Positions 1 through 12,107 of a stretch of 64,000 bases of DNA are shown here, piece after piece. The notes beneath the pieces are model-generated. The model saw only the letters and a program-made list of their open reading frames with translations. It did not search any database and had not been told where the DNA came from. The stretch is from Candidatus Eiseniibacteriota bacterium (GTDB lineage Bacteria > Eisenbacteria > RBG-16-71-46): contig JBGAOA010000005.1 of the NCBI GenBank assembly GCA_044222065.1, positions 1-64,000 of the forward strand, in the 5' to 3' direction. Numbering within the stretch: position 1 is the first letter of the stretch; each line of letters begins with the position of its first letter. The translations under genes and the position numbers were made by a program.

Positions 1-2502
<2,502 letters not shown>

Positions 2503-2506
<4 letters not shown>

Positions 2507-2946
2507 CGGCGTTGGTCTTTCACGGGGATGTTCGTGGCGGACTCGGAGGCGACGGGCTTCAGGTGGATCTCGAGCATGCCGTCGCGATAGTGCGCGCGGA
2601 TCGAGTTCTCGTCGGCGGTCCAGGGCAGTTCGACGACGCGCTGGAAGCTGCCGAAGAAGATCTCGGCGAGGTGGTAGTGCGCGCCCTGGTGCTCGCGGGG
2701 TGCTGCGCGGTGACCGCGGATCTCGAGCGCGCGGCCCGAGAGCTTCACGCTCACGCGGTCGCGCGGCACGCCGGCGAGTTCGACGATGACGCGCGCGCCG
2801 TCGCGGGCGACGACCAGGTCCACCGCCGGCGCCCATGTGGACTCACCGAAGTGCGTCGCGGGCAGCCGCTGGTAGACGAGGCCGTGGAACAGCCGCTCGA
2901 CCTCGCGCTGGAGGTTGTGGAGCGGATCGTCGGTGGATCGGGACAT
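2503..2946 (-). CDS. Hsp20/alpha-crystallin small heat shock protein
   Basis: 147 aa with WAPAVD, ELAGV, EIFFGSFQRVVELP and AHYRDGMLEIHL; translationally coupled to lon. Confidence 0.93.
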
Positions 2947-3087
2947 GGAGAACTCCGTTCGGCCGGAAGGGCGCCCGGAGCCTAGCGCCGCGCGGGGCGC
3001 GGCTCAATCGCGGGGCGCGGGCGTGTCGGAGTGCGCGCGCGGCGACGGACGCGTGGGCGCTTCAGATGAGCGCGGGCGTCCGCCGAT

Positions 3088-3270
3088 TCAGTGCGACTGG
3101 GTCCAGTCGTGGACCTGCCGGACGACCGTGAGGCTCGCGCGGCGGCAGGTTTCGAGGAACGCGCCGGAGTTCGGCCACGAGTGCCGGCCGCACTCGCACG
3201 CGAGCTTGCCGCTCGGCAGTTCCTTCACTCGGCACGGCTTGCCGCCGTGGTCCTTGCAGTACGGGCACAT
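3088..3270 (-). CDS. Small Cys/His-rich protein (60 aa), putative zinc-binding
   Basis: ATG 3270 is preceded by an AAGGAGG Shine-Dalgarno. Sequence MCPYCKDH...C...CECGRH; GC3-biased codons. Confidence 0.7.
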   Translation of the reverse strand: MCPYCKDHGGKPCRVKELPSGKLACECGRHSWPNSGAFLETCRRASLTVVRQVHDWTQSH

Positions 3271-3342
3271 CGGGACGCCTCCTTCGGATCGCGAGCCGGG
3301 CCGCAATCTAGAGGATGGCCGCGCGCACCGGCAACCGGCGCC

Positions 3343-4056
3343 TCAGCGGTACGCGCGCGCGGGATCGGCCGCCGCGGGGGCGAGCACGCCGCCGAGCGGC
3401 GCGAGCGAGCCGTCGCCGCGGAAGCGCAGCCGCACGCGCCGCACGGCCGGTACGCTCCGCGCGGCGTTGTCGAGCACGGCGTCGCGCAGGCATTCGAGCT
3501 GCGCGCGGTAGTCGCGAAGCCGGAGCGCCACCGAGTCGTCGCCCAGCCGCGCGAGACGTCCCGCTTCCTCGGAGTCCCCGCGCCCGCGCGCCTCGGCCGC
3601 CCGCGCCGCCCACTGCGCGCGGATCGCGGTCGTGTCCTCGCGCACCTTCGCCGCGGGGTTCACGACGTCCACTTCGACCGCGAGCGTGTCCACGTAGAGC
3701 GCGCGGCCCGCGAGCGAGTCGGCGCGCGTCGCGCGCGGCAGCCGCTTCCAGCGCTCCATCGGCACGCGCACGATCGTCACGTTGATGCCGGATTCCCACG
3801 CCACGTTGCGCTGTCCGGTCTTCTCGCGCGCCGTCTCGCCCTCGCTCGCGACGTAGGCCGGATGGCTCGAGAACTCGACCTCGATGCCGGGTACCGCGCT
3901 GCCGAGCATGCAGCGCACGGTGTGGCGGCGGACGTGATACGCGCCCTCGTCGTTCTGGTACATCGGCATCGCGATTTCGAGCAGCGCCTCGCCGGTCGCG
4001 AACGCGGGCGCGGGGAGGAGCAGGGCGACGAGCGCGAGCGGAGCGGCGGTCTTCAT
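3343..4056 (-). CDS. Hypothetical exported protein
   Basis: ATG 4056 overlaps the GH1 stop (ATGA). Signal peptide MKTAAPLALVALLLPAPAFA. Confidence 0.7.
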   Translation of the reverse strand: MKTAAPLALVALLLPAPAFATGEALLEIAMPMYQNDEGAYHVRRHTVRCMLGSAVPGIEVEFSSHPAYVASEGETAREKTGQRNVAWESGINVTIVRVPMERWKRLPRATRADSLAGRALYVDTLAVEVDVVNPAAKVREDTTAIRAQWAARAAEARGRGDSEEAGRLARLGDDSVALRLRDYRAQLECLRDAVLDNAARSVPAVRRVRLRFRGDGSLAPLGGVLAPAAADPARAYR

Positions 4057-5375
4057 CGGAGTTCTCCCTTCGGATCGAGCAGCGCCTCGGGCAGCGCGTT
4101 CGCGCGCGCGATGCGCGCGAACACGTCGGCGCTGTGGCGCCGCTCGCGCGACGCCTGCGGGCGCGCCGGGTCCACGCCGTAGAGGCCGAAGCGGCCGTGC
4201 CAGCCGTCGGCCCATTCGAAGTTGTCGAGCAGCGACCAGTGCAGGTAGCCGAGCACGCGAACGCCGCTCGCGATCGCGCGGTGCATCGCCGCGACGAACC
4301 CGACGAGCGCGCGCGGGCGGATCGCGTCGTGCGCGTCGGCGACGCCGTTCTCGGTGACGAGCACGGGGCGGCCGGCGCGCGACGCGGCGGCGAGCGCGCG
4401 CTCGAAACCCTCCGGGTAGATCTCCCAGCCGAGGTCGTTCACCGGCGCGCCCGCGCGCGCGACGTGCGGCGTGGGCGCGAACGCGCGCACCATCCAGCGC
4501 GTGTAGTAGTTGAGCCCGAACCAGTCGAGCGCGCCGCGCAGCTCGGGCACCGTGCGCTTCACCGCCGTCGCGCCCGGGATCGACAGGTCGATCACGCCGT
4601 CCACCGTCGCGCGCTCGACCGCCTCGTTGAAGACCTTGCGCTCGAAGTGGGCCACGATCCGGTCGAGCGGATGCCACGGACGCGAGGCCTCGAGCTGGAC
4701 GTGGTGCTTCGCGAATCCGACGCGCGCGGGCGTCCCGTCGCCGTCGGCGTCCACGCGGTCGGCCTCGTGGATCGCGCGATAGGCGAGCGCGTGCGCCTCG
4801 AGCTGGTTCGCGATCACGGTGAGCGCGCGCGAGTCGTCCTTCACGCCCGGCGGCCAGACGCCCTCGGACCAGCCGCGGAACGCGAACACCTCGGGCTCGT
4901 TCACCGTGCACCACCAGTCCACCTCGCCGCCGAACTCGAGCGCGCACAGGCGCGCGAAGGCGACGAACGCCGCGATCGTGTCGCGGCTCTCCCAGCCGCC
5001 GTGGTCGGCGACCCAGAGCGGATTCGTGAAGTGGTGGAGCGTCACGATCGGCGTCAGGCCGTGGCGCTTCAGCGACGCGAACACGGCGTGGTAGTGCGCG
5101 AGTGCGGTCGCGTCCACGCGGCCGCGCTCGGGCTCGATGCGGCTCCACTCGATCGAGAGCCGGTGCGCGTTGTGGCCGTCGGCCGCGGCGAGCGCGAAGT
5201 CCTCGTCGAAGCGCTCGTAGTGCCGGCAGGCGTCGCCGCTCGCGACGCCGCCGCGGATCGCGCCGGGCCGCTGCTCGAAGCGCCACCAGTCGTTCGCGCG
5301 ATTGCCGCCCTCGACCTGGTGCGCGGACGTCGCGGCGCCCCACAGGAATCCGTCGGGGAACCGCCGGTCGCCCAC
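4053..5375 (-). CDS. Glycoside hydrolase family 1 (beta-glucosidase-like)
   Basis: FPDGFLWGAATSAHQVEG, acid/base TVNEP, nucleophile VTENG and WSLLDNFEW. GTG start at 5375 is inferred. Confidence 0.93.
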   Translation of the reverse strand: MGDRRFPDGFLWGAATSAHQVEGGNRANDWWRFEQRPGAIRGGVASGDACRHYERFDEDFALAAADGHNAHRLSIEWSRIEPERGRVDATALAHYHAVFASLKRHGLTPIVTLHHFTNPLWVADHGGWESRDTIAAFVAFARLCALEFGGEVDWWCTVNEPEVFAFRGWSEGVWPPGVKDDSRALTVIANQLEAHALAYRAIHEADRVDADGDGTPARVGFAKHHVQLEASRPWHPLDRIVAHFERKVFNEAVERATVDGVIDLSIPGATAVKRTVPELRGALDWFGLNYYTRWMVRAFAPTPHVARAGAPVNDLGWEIYPEGFERALAAASRAGRPVLVTENGVADAHDAIRPRALVGFVAAMHRAIASGVRVLGYLHWSLLDNFEWADGWHGRFGLYGVDPARPQASRERRHSADVFARIARANALPEALLDPKGELR

Positions 5376-5391
5376 GCCTTCGGGGCTCCGA

Positions 5392-5512
5392 GGTTCTGTC
5401 TGAGAAGCCCGATCGCCGCGTTGCTCGCTCGCTCCTCGCTGCGGAGCATCTTGCCGATGCGCCTCGCTCGTCGCTCGCTCGCGCCTTGCGCTCGGGCTTC
5501 TCAGACAGAACC
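5392..5512. mobile_element. MITE/REP-like palindromic element (121 bp) with perfect 21-bp terminal inverted repeats
   Basis: GGTTCTGTCTGAGAAGCCCGA (5392-5412) is the exact reverse complement of TCGGGCTTCTCAGACAGAACC (5492-5512). The interior is rich in CTCG/GCTC and is non-coding. Confidence 0.65.
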
Positions 5513-5827
5513 CAGCCGCTTCTCGAGTTCGGCCTCGATGATGCCGCGCAGCGACATCGCGGAGGGGAACCCGAGCGTCGTCATGGCGAGCATCGGCACG
5601 TGGCGGATCTCTTCGGCGCTCGCGCCGCACTCGAGGGCGCGGCGCACGTGCGCGCGCACGCCGCTCTCGATCTTCGCGCCGCCCGCGAACGCCATCTTCA
5701 CGAGTTCGGTCGTCTTGCGGTCGAGCGGGCCGGCTTCGCGCGTCGCGTCGCCGAGCGCCTCGTACGCGTTCACGATTTTCGGGTGCTGGGCGGCCAGCGC
5801 TTCGTAGAACCTGGAGGGTTTGCTCAT
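5501..5827 (-). CDS. Carboxymuconolactone decarboxylase (CMD/AhpD-like) family protein
   Basis: 108 aa with GPLDRKTTELVKMA, HVRRALECGASAEEI and TLGFP. SD AAGGAG lies upstream. Confidence 0.85.
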   Translation of the reverse strand: MSKPSRFYEALAAQHPKIVNAYEALGDATREAGPLDRKTTELVKMAFAGGAKIESGVRAHVRRALECGASAEEIRHVPMLAMTTLGFPSAMSLRGIIEAELEKRLGSV

Positions 5828-5877
5828 GCGTTCTCCTTCGCGGATGCGAGCCCGCGGCGAGACTATCATGCGTCCTC

Positions 5878-6780
5878 GTGAACGATCCGCATGCGAATCC
5901 GCCGCGCCGCGTCGCCGCGCCGCTCGCGTCCGCGTGGCGCGCGCACGTGCCCGCGGCGTGGTCCGACGCGTGGTGTCCGCGCGCGTTCGACCTCGGCGAC
6001 GGCGCGACCGAGGTCGTGGAAATCGGCGACGGTCCGCCGCTCGTGCTCGCGCCGCCCGTTCCGGGCTGGAAGGAGGCGTACGTCGCGCTCGCGCCGCGGC
6101 TCGCGCGTACGTTCCGCGTGATCACGTTCGACGCGCGCACCGACTTCGGCGGCGCGCCGTCGTGGGCGGCGCTCGAACGCGACCTCGCGCGCATCGCGGA
6201 CGCGCTCGCGCCCGGACGCTTCGTGCTGTTCGGCCACTCGCTCGGCGGCGCGCTCGCGCAGCGCTGGGCGCACGCGCACCCCGAACGCGTGCGCGGCCTC
6301 GTGCTGTCGTCCACGTTCGCGCGCGTCGCGGCGGGCGGCCCCGGCCGCGCGCGGCGCTATCTCGAGCAGCCCGCCGTGCTGCTCGCGCTGCGCGCGCTGC
6401 CGGAGCGCGCGGCGTTCGCGCTCGCGCGCCGGCTCGCGCGCTCGTCGCGCTGGGTGTTCGACCCCGCGTGCGACGACGCGGCGCTCGCGATCGTCGTGCG
6501 CGGCATCCGCGAGGCGAGCCCGTCGCGCGTCGCGCCGCAGCTCAGGCTCGCGCTCGCGCACGATGCGCGCGCGTGGCTGCCGGCGCTCGACCTGCCTGCG
6601 CTCGTCGTGGACGGCGAACGCGACACGCCGCTCGCCTGCCGCGGTTCGGACGAGATCGCGAGCCTGCTGCCGCGCGCGACGCGCGCGACCTCGCCCGGTG
6701 CGGGGCACCTCCACCCGCTGTCGGGCGCGGAGTGGCTCGCGGAGCGGATCGAGGCGTGGGGGCGGGCGCTTCCCGCCTAG
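5878..6780 (+). CDS. Alpha/beta-fold hydrolase
   Basis: Nucleophile elbow GHSLGG, GERD acid and GAGH His motif. Confidence 0.85.
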   Translation: MNDPHANPPRRVAAPLASAWRAHVPAAWSDAWCPRAFDLGDGATEVVEIGDGPPLVLAPPVPGWKEAYVALAPRLARTFRVITFDARTDFGGAPSWAALERDLARIADALAPGRFVLFGHSLGGALAQRWAHAHPERVRGLVLSSTFARVAAGGPGRARRYLEQPAVLLALRALPERAAFALARRLARSSRWVFDPACDDAALAIVVRGIREASPSRVAPQLRLALAHDARAWLPALDLPALVVDGERDTPLACRGSDEIASLLPRATRATSPGAGHLHPLSGAEWLAERIEAWGRALPA

Positions 6781-7796
6781 CGCTTCTTCCGGAACAGCGA
6801 GTAGGTCGCGAACAGGTCCTTCGCGAGGTCCATCGGGCGGTCGCCCTGATCCCAGCCGAGCGCGTGGCCCATCGCGCGTGCGGCGGGCGAGTCGTCGCGG
6901 TCGAACGCGACGACCTCGAACCCCGCGCGCTCCCAGAGCGCGCGATCGAACGGACAGCGCCCGTCGGCCCACGGGATGTACGGCTTGCCGGGCGGCGCGG
7001 GAGCGGGGCAGAGGTTGTAGATCATCACCCAGCCGCCGCGCTTCACCGTGCGCGCGAGCGTGCGCACGTACGCCTCGTCGTCCACGCCGAGATGCACGAG
7101 CATGCGCGGATTCACCTTCTCGGCGGGGTGGAGGTAGCCGTGCTTGAGCGTGTTCTTGGACAGGAACAGGTCGTATTCGCCGCCGACCTCTTCCACGAGC
7201 GGCGCGTTCGCGGGCCACTGGCCGTCGTGGAGCACGACGCGCCCGGCGAGCTTGCCGAAGCCCTCGACCGCGCCGGCCTCACCGTCGTAGAGCGCGCGCA
7301 GCAGCGGGTCCACCTCGATGCCGTGCACGTCGGCGCCGAGCTGCGCGAGCAGCTTCAGGTGTCCGATCGTGCCGTAGCCGAAGTCGGCGATGCGCTTCGC
7401 GTCCACGTCCTTGAGGCCGGCGCGCGCGAGCAGCTCCAGCGGGCGCGCGTACGCGAGCGGCGAACCGTAGCGGGTCGTGAAGTAGAAGGACTCACCGAGT
7501 GTGCGCGTGAGCGCGCGCGTCCGGGTTGTCTCTGGGAGCGTCGCGAACTCGGCCTCGGTCCAGTAGCGCGTCCGCGCCGAGTCCGAGTGGACGGTGCGCG
7601 GGGGGACGCTGTGCAGCAGCGAAGTCCCATCGACGAAGGCGCGTGCGAGCTTCGTCTGGAGGAGCGGCTGGAGCGCACGCGCCTCCGAGCGCAGTTCGGC
7701 GAGCGTCGTGCTGGTGTCGGTCGGGATGACGTGGGCGCGTGCGGGTGCGGCGAGCACGAGCGCGAGCAGGGCCGGCGCGGCGAGACGGACGTTCAT
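6777..7796 (-). CDS. Exported protein with a class I SAM-methyltransferase-like fold
   Basis: Signal peptide MNVRLAAPALLALVLAAPARA. Motif-I-like IADFGYGTIG, then VHGIEVD, YDLFLS and VKRGGWVMI. Confidence 0.65.
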   Translation of the reverse strand: MNVRLAAPALLALVLAAPARAHVIPTDTSTTLAELRSEARALQPLLQTKLARAFVDGTSLLHSVPPRTVHSDSARTRYWTEAEFATLPETTRTRALTRTLGESFYFTTRYGSPLAYARPLELLARAGLKDVDAKRIADFGYGTIGHLKLLAQLGADVHGIEVDPLLRALYDGEAGAVEGFGKLAGRVVLHDGQWPANAPLVEEVGGEYDLFLSKNTLKHGYLHPAEKVNPRMLVHLGVDDEAYVRTLARTVKRGGWVMIYNLCPAPAPPGKPYIPWADGRCPFDRALWERAGFEVVAFDRDDSPAARAMGHALGWDQGDRPMDLAKDLFATYSLFRKKR

Positions 7797-7892
7797 TCGC
7801 GGCACTCTAGCGTGCGCGCTATCGCGAGCGCGCGCGGCGCGCGACCGGCGCGGGGCAATCGGCGTTCGGCGCGGGCGCTGGCCCGCCGGGCG

Positions 7893-10553
7893 TCAGCGGA
7901 TCAGGACCGCGCGGCGTACGAGCGCGCGCGCGCCGTCCGCGAGCCGCACGACGTACACGCCGGGGGCGAGCGCGCCGCGCGAGGCGAGGGTCACGCGCTG
8001 TTCGCCGCCTGCGTCCGAGGTGACGCGCCGGGACTCGAGCCGGCGTCCCATGAGGTCGAGCAGTTCGAGGTTCGCCGTCGCGCCGCGCGCGAGCGAGAAC
8101 GCCACTTCGAGTTCGCCGACCGCGGGATTCCGAACCGCGCCGCGCAGCGCGAACGCGGGGTCGAGCGGCACGTCGAGCCACGTCTCGCCGAACGTCGCAC
8201 CGTCGAGCGCGAGGCGGTAGCCGACGCGCGCGCCGGGGGCGAGGCCCAGGTCGTCGAGGCGCACGCGATGGTCGCCGTCGGGATGGAGCGTGGCGAGCGC
8301 GTGCCACGCGCCCGCGTCGATGCGTCGCTCGACCGTGACGCTCGCCGCGTCGCTGCCGTCGAGCCGCCACTCGACGTGCGCAACGGTCGCGTCGCAATGC
8401 GCGTCCACGAGCGAGACGAGCGTCGGGGTGGGGAGGAACCACTCGAGCGACCACCAGTCGTCGAAGTAGCGGCTCGTATCGTCGTAGCCGCCGCACAGGA
8501 CGAGCCGGTCACGCGCCGCGTCGTGGACGAAGGGGAAGAGGTATCGGGCGTAGGGTGACTCGCCGGGAATGGCGACCTTCTCCCAGATCGCGGCGGCGCC
8601 GAAGGTGACACTCCAGAACGCGTTCGTCTGCAGCGCGGCGTCGTACCGCTCCTCGAGGACGACGAGGCGATGGCGCGAGCGGTCGTAGACGAGCGGCTGG
8701 GTCTTGTGGGTCAAGGGCGGGGCCCCGATCGTTGTGTAGCGCTCGATCCGCAACGTGTCCGCGCCGATCGTGAGCCGCAGCGCAGGGTCGGGCGTGTACG
8801 AGCACCACGCCACCGCGTGGTCGGCGTCGTCGCCAGGAAACAGGTCGAAGACGTCGCTGCCGTCGCTGTCGCCGACGAGCACGAGTTGGCGCCAGGCGAG
8901 TGCGGGCGACAACGACAGCTCCCACGCACCGGCCGCCGGGCCCCCCGAGGCGAAGCCGCCCATCAGGATCAGGCGATTTCGAGGTGCGTCGAGCAGGAGT
9001 CCTGGATAGCCCCGAGGCCCCGGTCCGCTTCCCGAGGGCGTGAGACGGGTCCAAGCGCAAGGATCGCCAAGCGTGAGCGACCAGAGTTCGTCGGAAACCT
9101 GTCCATCGGACCAACCGATCAGGACGAGTGCGCGATCGTTGGCCGGATCCTCGATCGCGGAGAACCCGTAGGTGCCGAGCGTCGGATGCGGCCCCGGCGC
9201 CGTGACGATCGTGTAGGGCGATGCGTTCGGGTCACCGAGCGGCCGCGCGAGAATCGTGTCCGCGGGTCCGGAGTAGAAGAACGTTCCGCCCAGCAAGAGG
9301 ACTCGGTCGCGCGCGGCATCGATCACCGCCTCGCCGCCCATGCGGGCGCCGGCCGCCTTCTGCGCGATCGAAGTCCACGCGCCCGTGCCGCCGAGCCCCA
9401 GCGCGTAGGTCCCGGACATCGCGGGCCCGACGTCCTGCCATCCGCCGTGAGCGACGATCCGGTCGTTGAGCGGATCGAGCGCCGCCGCGAAGTGATCCTC
9501 GAGCAGCATCGGCGAGGGCTCGGCGGGCGTCAGCGTGGCGATCGGGCCGCCGGACGCCGGCACCGAGATTACGGGCAGACCTTCCTTGCCGAGCACGACG
9601 TACGCGTCGCGTCCGCGATCGAAGAGGACGCGGGTCGCGGACGCCCACACCGAGGGATACAACTCCGCGATCAGCGTCCAAGGACCGCCCGCATCGGGGT
9701 CGTAGCCCCAGAGCGACAGATCGGACGCGACCACGAGCCGGCCCCGCGTGTCGTCGTAGGCGAGCGACGTGGGGGGCTCGTAGAACGGCGCCGCGGCGTT
9801 CGGGAGCTGCGTCCACGCGAGCGTCGAACCCAGATCGAGGCTCCACAACTCGCCGCTGCCCGTGAAGCGATGCCCGCGTGCGAGGAACAGCCGTTCGTGC
9901 AGGGCATCGAGCGCGACCACGCCGCTCGCGTAGTCGGTCCGCCCCGGGGCGCCCGACGTCGTCAGGGGCAGCCACACGGGGAAGCCCGAAAGGTCGAGGG
10001 CCCACACTTCCAGATGCGCGGCGGGGAAGGGAGTGTCCGCGACGTTCGCGACCGCGACGACGCGGTCGTGGACCGAGTCGTAGGCCGCGAACACGTTGAG
10101 CGTCGTCGGCGGCAGTTCGCCCGCGACGGCGAGCGGCGTCCAGCGCTCGACTCCGTCGAGCGAGAGCTGCCAAACGCTTCGAAGCGGCGTGTAGGCGCCG
10201 CCGACCGCGAGCATGCGGCCCCGGCGCGAGTCGTAGACGAGCGAGTGGAACGAGCGCGAAGGCGGCGACCATTCGCGCCACTGTCCGTCGGACGACGTCG
10301 CCGTGGCCTCGACGCCGCGCTCGGAGGCGGCCGACGCGCGCGAAGGCGCGCCGCGCTTCGCCCGCGACTCGCGGATCAGCGCGAGCACGTCGTCGATGCT
10401 CTTCGGCGAGCGCGCGAGCCACTCCTCGGGCGTGACGCCCCCGGGAAGGCCGGCCCTGGAGGCTGCGGCCGGCAACAGAATCCCGAGAGCGACGACGACC
10501 GCGACGACTCCTCGTCGGGTCCTTCCGAGCGGACAGGAGAGGGGGGGACTCAT
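7893..10553 (-). CDS. Exported Kelch-like beta-propeller protein with a C-terminal FlgD-Ig/T9SS-type sorting domain
   Basis: Signal peptide; repeated blades of the form YD..R.R....GG...W.L.L; C-terminus NPAVG..LELLDLMGRR..LAPGVYVVRL. Confidence 0.75.
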   Translation of the reverse strand: MSPPLSCPLGRTRRGVVAVVVALGILLPAAASRAGLPGGVTPEEWLARSPKSIDDVLALIRESRAKRGAPSRASAASERGVEATATSSDGQWREWSPPSRSFHSLVYDSRRGRMLAVGGAYTPLRSVWQLSLDGVERWTPLAVAGELPPTTLNVFAAYDSVHDRVVAVANVADTPFPAAHLEVWALDLSGFPVWLPLTTSGAPGRTDYASGVVALDALHERLFLARGHRFTGSGELWSLDLGSTLAWTQLPNAAAPFYEPPTSLAYDDTRGRLVVASDLSLWGYDPDAGGPWTLIAELYPSVWASATRVLFDRGRDAYVVLGKEGLPVISVPASGGPIATLTPAEPSPMLLEDHFAAALDPLNDRIVAHGGWQDVGPAMSGTYALGLGGTGAWTSIAQKAAGARMGGEAVIDAARDRVLLLGGTFFYSGPADTILARPLGDPNASPYTIVTAPGPHPTLGTYGFSAIEDPANDRALVLIGWSDGQVSDELWSLTLGDPCAWTRLTPSGSGPGPRGYPGLLLDAPRNRLILMGGFASGGPAAGAWELSLSPALAWRQLVLVGDSDGSDVFDLFPGDDADHAVAWCSYTPDPALRLTIGADTLRIERYTTIGAPPLTHKTQPLVYDRSRHRLVVLEERYDAALQTNAFWSVTFGAAAIWEKVAIPGESPYARYLFPFVHDAARDRLVLCGGYDDTSRYFDDWWSLEWFLPTPTLVSLVDAHCDATVAHVEWRLDGSDAASVTVERRIDAGAWHALATLHPDGDHRVRLDDLGLAPGARVGYRLALDGATFGETWLDVPLDPAFALRGAVRNPAVGELEVAFSLARGATANLELLDLMGRRLESRRVTSDAGGEQRVTLASRGALAPGVYVVRLADGARALVRRAVLIR

Positions 10554-10749
10554 TTGGAGAACGGCCAGCGCAAGAGGCGGGCCGCGCGCGCCGCGAGACG
10601 GCGAAACGGCTGCGCCCGCTCGGACTGCGCGCGCCGGGGCTCGACGGCACCGCGCGCGGATTCGAAGCGCGCGCCTCAGAACTGTCGGAATCCCCGACGG
10701 TCCGGCCCGGCTGCGGCATCGGGCGGACGCGTGCTAGCGTGCGAAGCCG

Positions 10750-12024
10750 ATGAACTCCGCCACACTGCGCGCCGCGCTCGCCGACCGATTCCGCGCGCTC
10801 CGCCACCGCAACTACCGGCTCTTCTGGCTCGGCCAGCTCGTGTCGCTCGTGGGCACCTGGATGCAGAGCGTCGCGCAGGGCTGGCTCATGCACCGGCTCA
10901 CCGACTCGCCGATGATGCTCGGGCTGCTCGGCTTCTCGCAGTTCCTGCCCGTCACCGTGTTCTCGCTGTGGGCCGGCGTCGTCGTGGACCGCGTGGACCG
11001 GCGGAAGCTCCTGATCCTCACGCAATCGCTCGCGCTGATTCAGGCCGCGACACTCGCCGTGCTCGCGACGCTGCACATCGTGCAGCCGTGGATGCTGCTC
11101 GTGCTCGCGCTCGGCTTCGGCACGATCAACGCATTCGACCTGCCGGCGCGCCAGTCGGTGCTGAGCGAACTGCTCGACTCGCGCGAGGACCTGTCGAACG
11201 CGATCGCGCTCAGCTCGGCGGCGTTCAATGCGGCGCGCGTCGTGGGGCCTGCGGTCGCGGGCGCGGTGCTCGTGTGGCTCGGCGAGTCCGGCTGCTTCTG
11301 GCTGAACGCGCTCTCGTACGTCGCGGTGATCGCTGGCCTCGTCGCGATCCGCCTGCCGCGGCGGAGCGAGCGCACGCCGGCCACGCTCGGGTCGCTGCGC
11401 GAAGGCGCGCGCTACGCCCTCGGCTCCCGGCCGCTGCTCCACCTGCTCGTGCTGATCGCCGTGTGCGGCGGGATCGGCTACCAGTACAGCACGCTGCTGC
11501 CGGTGTACGCGCGCACGATCTTCCATTCCGATTCGCGCACTTACGGGCTGCTCATGTCGTCGTTCGGCATCGGCTCGCTGTGCTCGGCGATCTGGATGAC
11601 GCGCCACCACGACCGCTGGGATCTGCGACGGAATCTGCTCACCGGCCTGCTGTTCGCGGGGCTCGGACAAGCGCTGTTCGCCTGGTCGCGCTGGCTCCCG
11701 CTCACGTTCGCGATGGGCTTCTTCTCGGGCCTCGGCCTCATCCTCTATACGGCGAGCACGAACACGCTCGTGCAGATGACGACCGCGGACCGCTTCCGCG
11801 GCCGCGTGATGAGCTTCTACACGTTCATGTTCGTCGGCACGGCGCCGTTCGGCGCGTTGCTCGCCGGCTCGATCGCGCAGCGTTTCGGCGCGCCGGCCGC
11901 GACCAGCGTGTGCGCGGTGCTGCTGCTCGGCGGCGCGTGGTGGGTCGCGCGGCGGCTGCGGTTCCTGCGCGCGGAAGAGGCGGCGAGCGCGGCGCGTGCG
12001 CCCATGACCGAGACGCTCGAGTGA
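10750..12024 (+). CDS. MFS transporter (H+ antiporter/DHA3-like)
   Basis: About 12 hydrophobic segments; ALRHRNYRLFWLGQLVSLVGTWMQ, GVVVDRVDRRK and FRGRVMS. Confidence 0.92.
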   Translation: MNSATLRAALADRFRALRHRNYRLFWLGQLVSLVGTWMQSVAQGWLMHRLTDSPMMLGLLGFSQFLPVTVFSLWAGVVVDRVDRRKLLILTQSLALIQAATLAVLATLHIVQPWMLLVLALGFGTINAFDLPARQSVLSELLDSREDLSNAIALSSAAFNAARVVGPAVAGAVLVWLGESGCFWLNALSYVAVIAGLVAIRLPRRSERTPATLGSLREGARYALGSRPLLHLLVLIAVCGGIGYQYSTLLPVYARTIFHSDSRTYGLLMSSFGIGSLCSAIWMTRHHDRWDLRRNLLTGLLFAGLGQALFAWSRWLPLTFAMGFFSGLGLILYTASTNTLVQMTTADRFRGRVMSFYTFMFVGTAPFGALLAGSIAQRFGAPAATSVCAVLLLGGAWWVARRLRFLRAEEAASAARAPMTETLE

Positions 12025-12107
12025 GGTCGCGGGCAACGCCGCGGGCCGCGGATGCATCGAAGCTCGAGTCGCGCGGAAGCGATCCGCGCTCGAGGCAGGA
12101 GGCGCTC

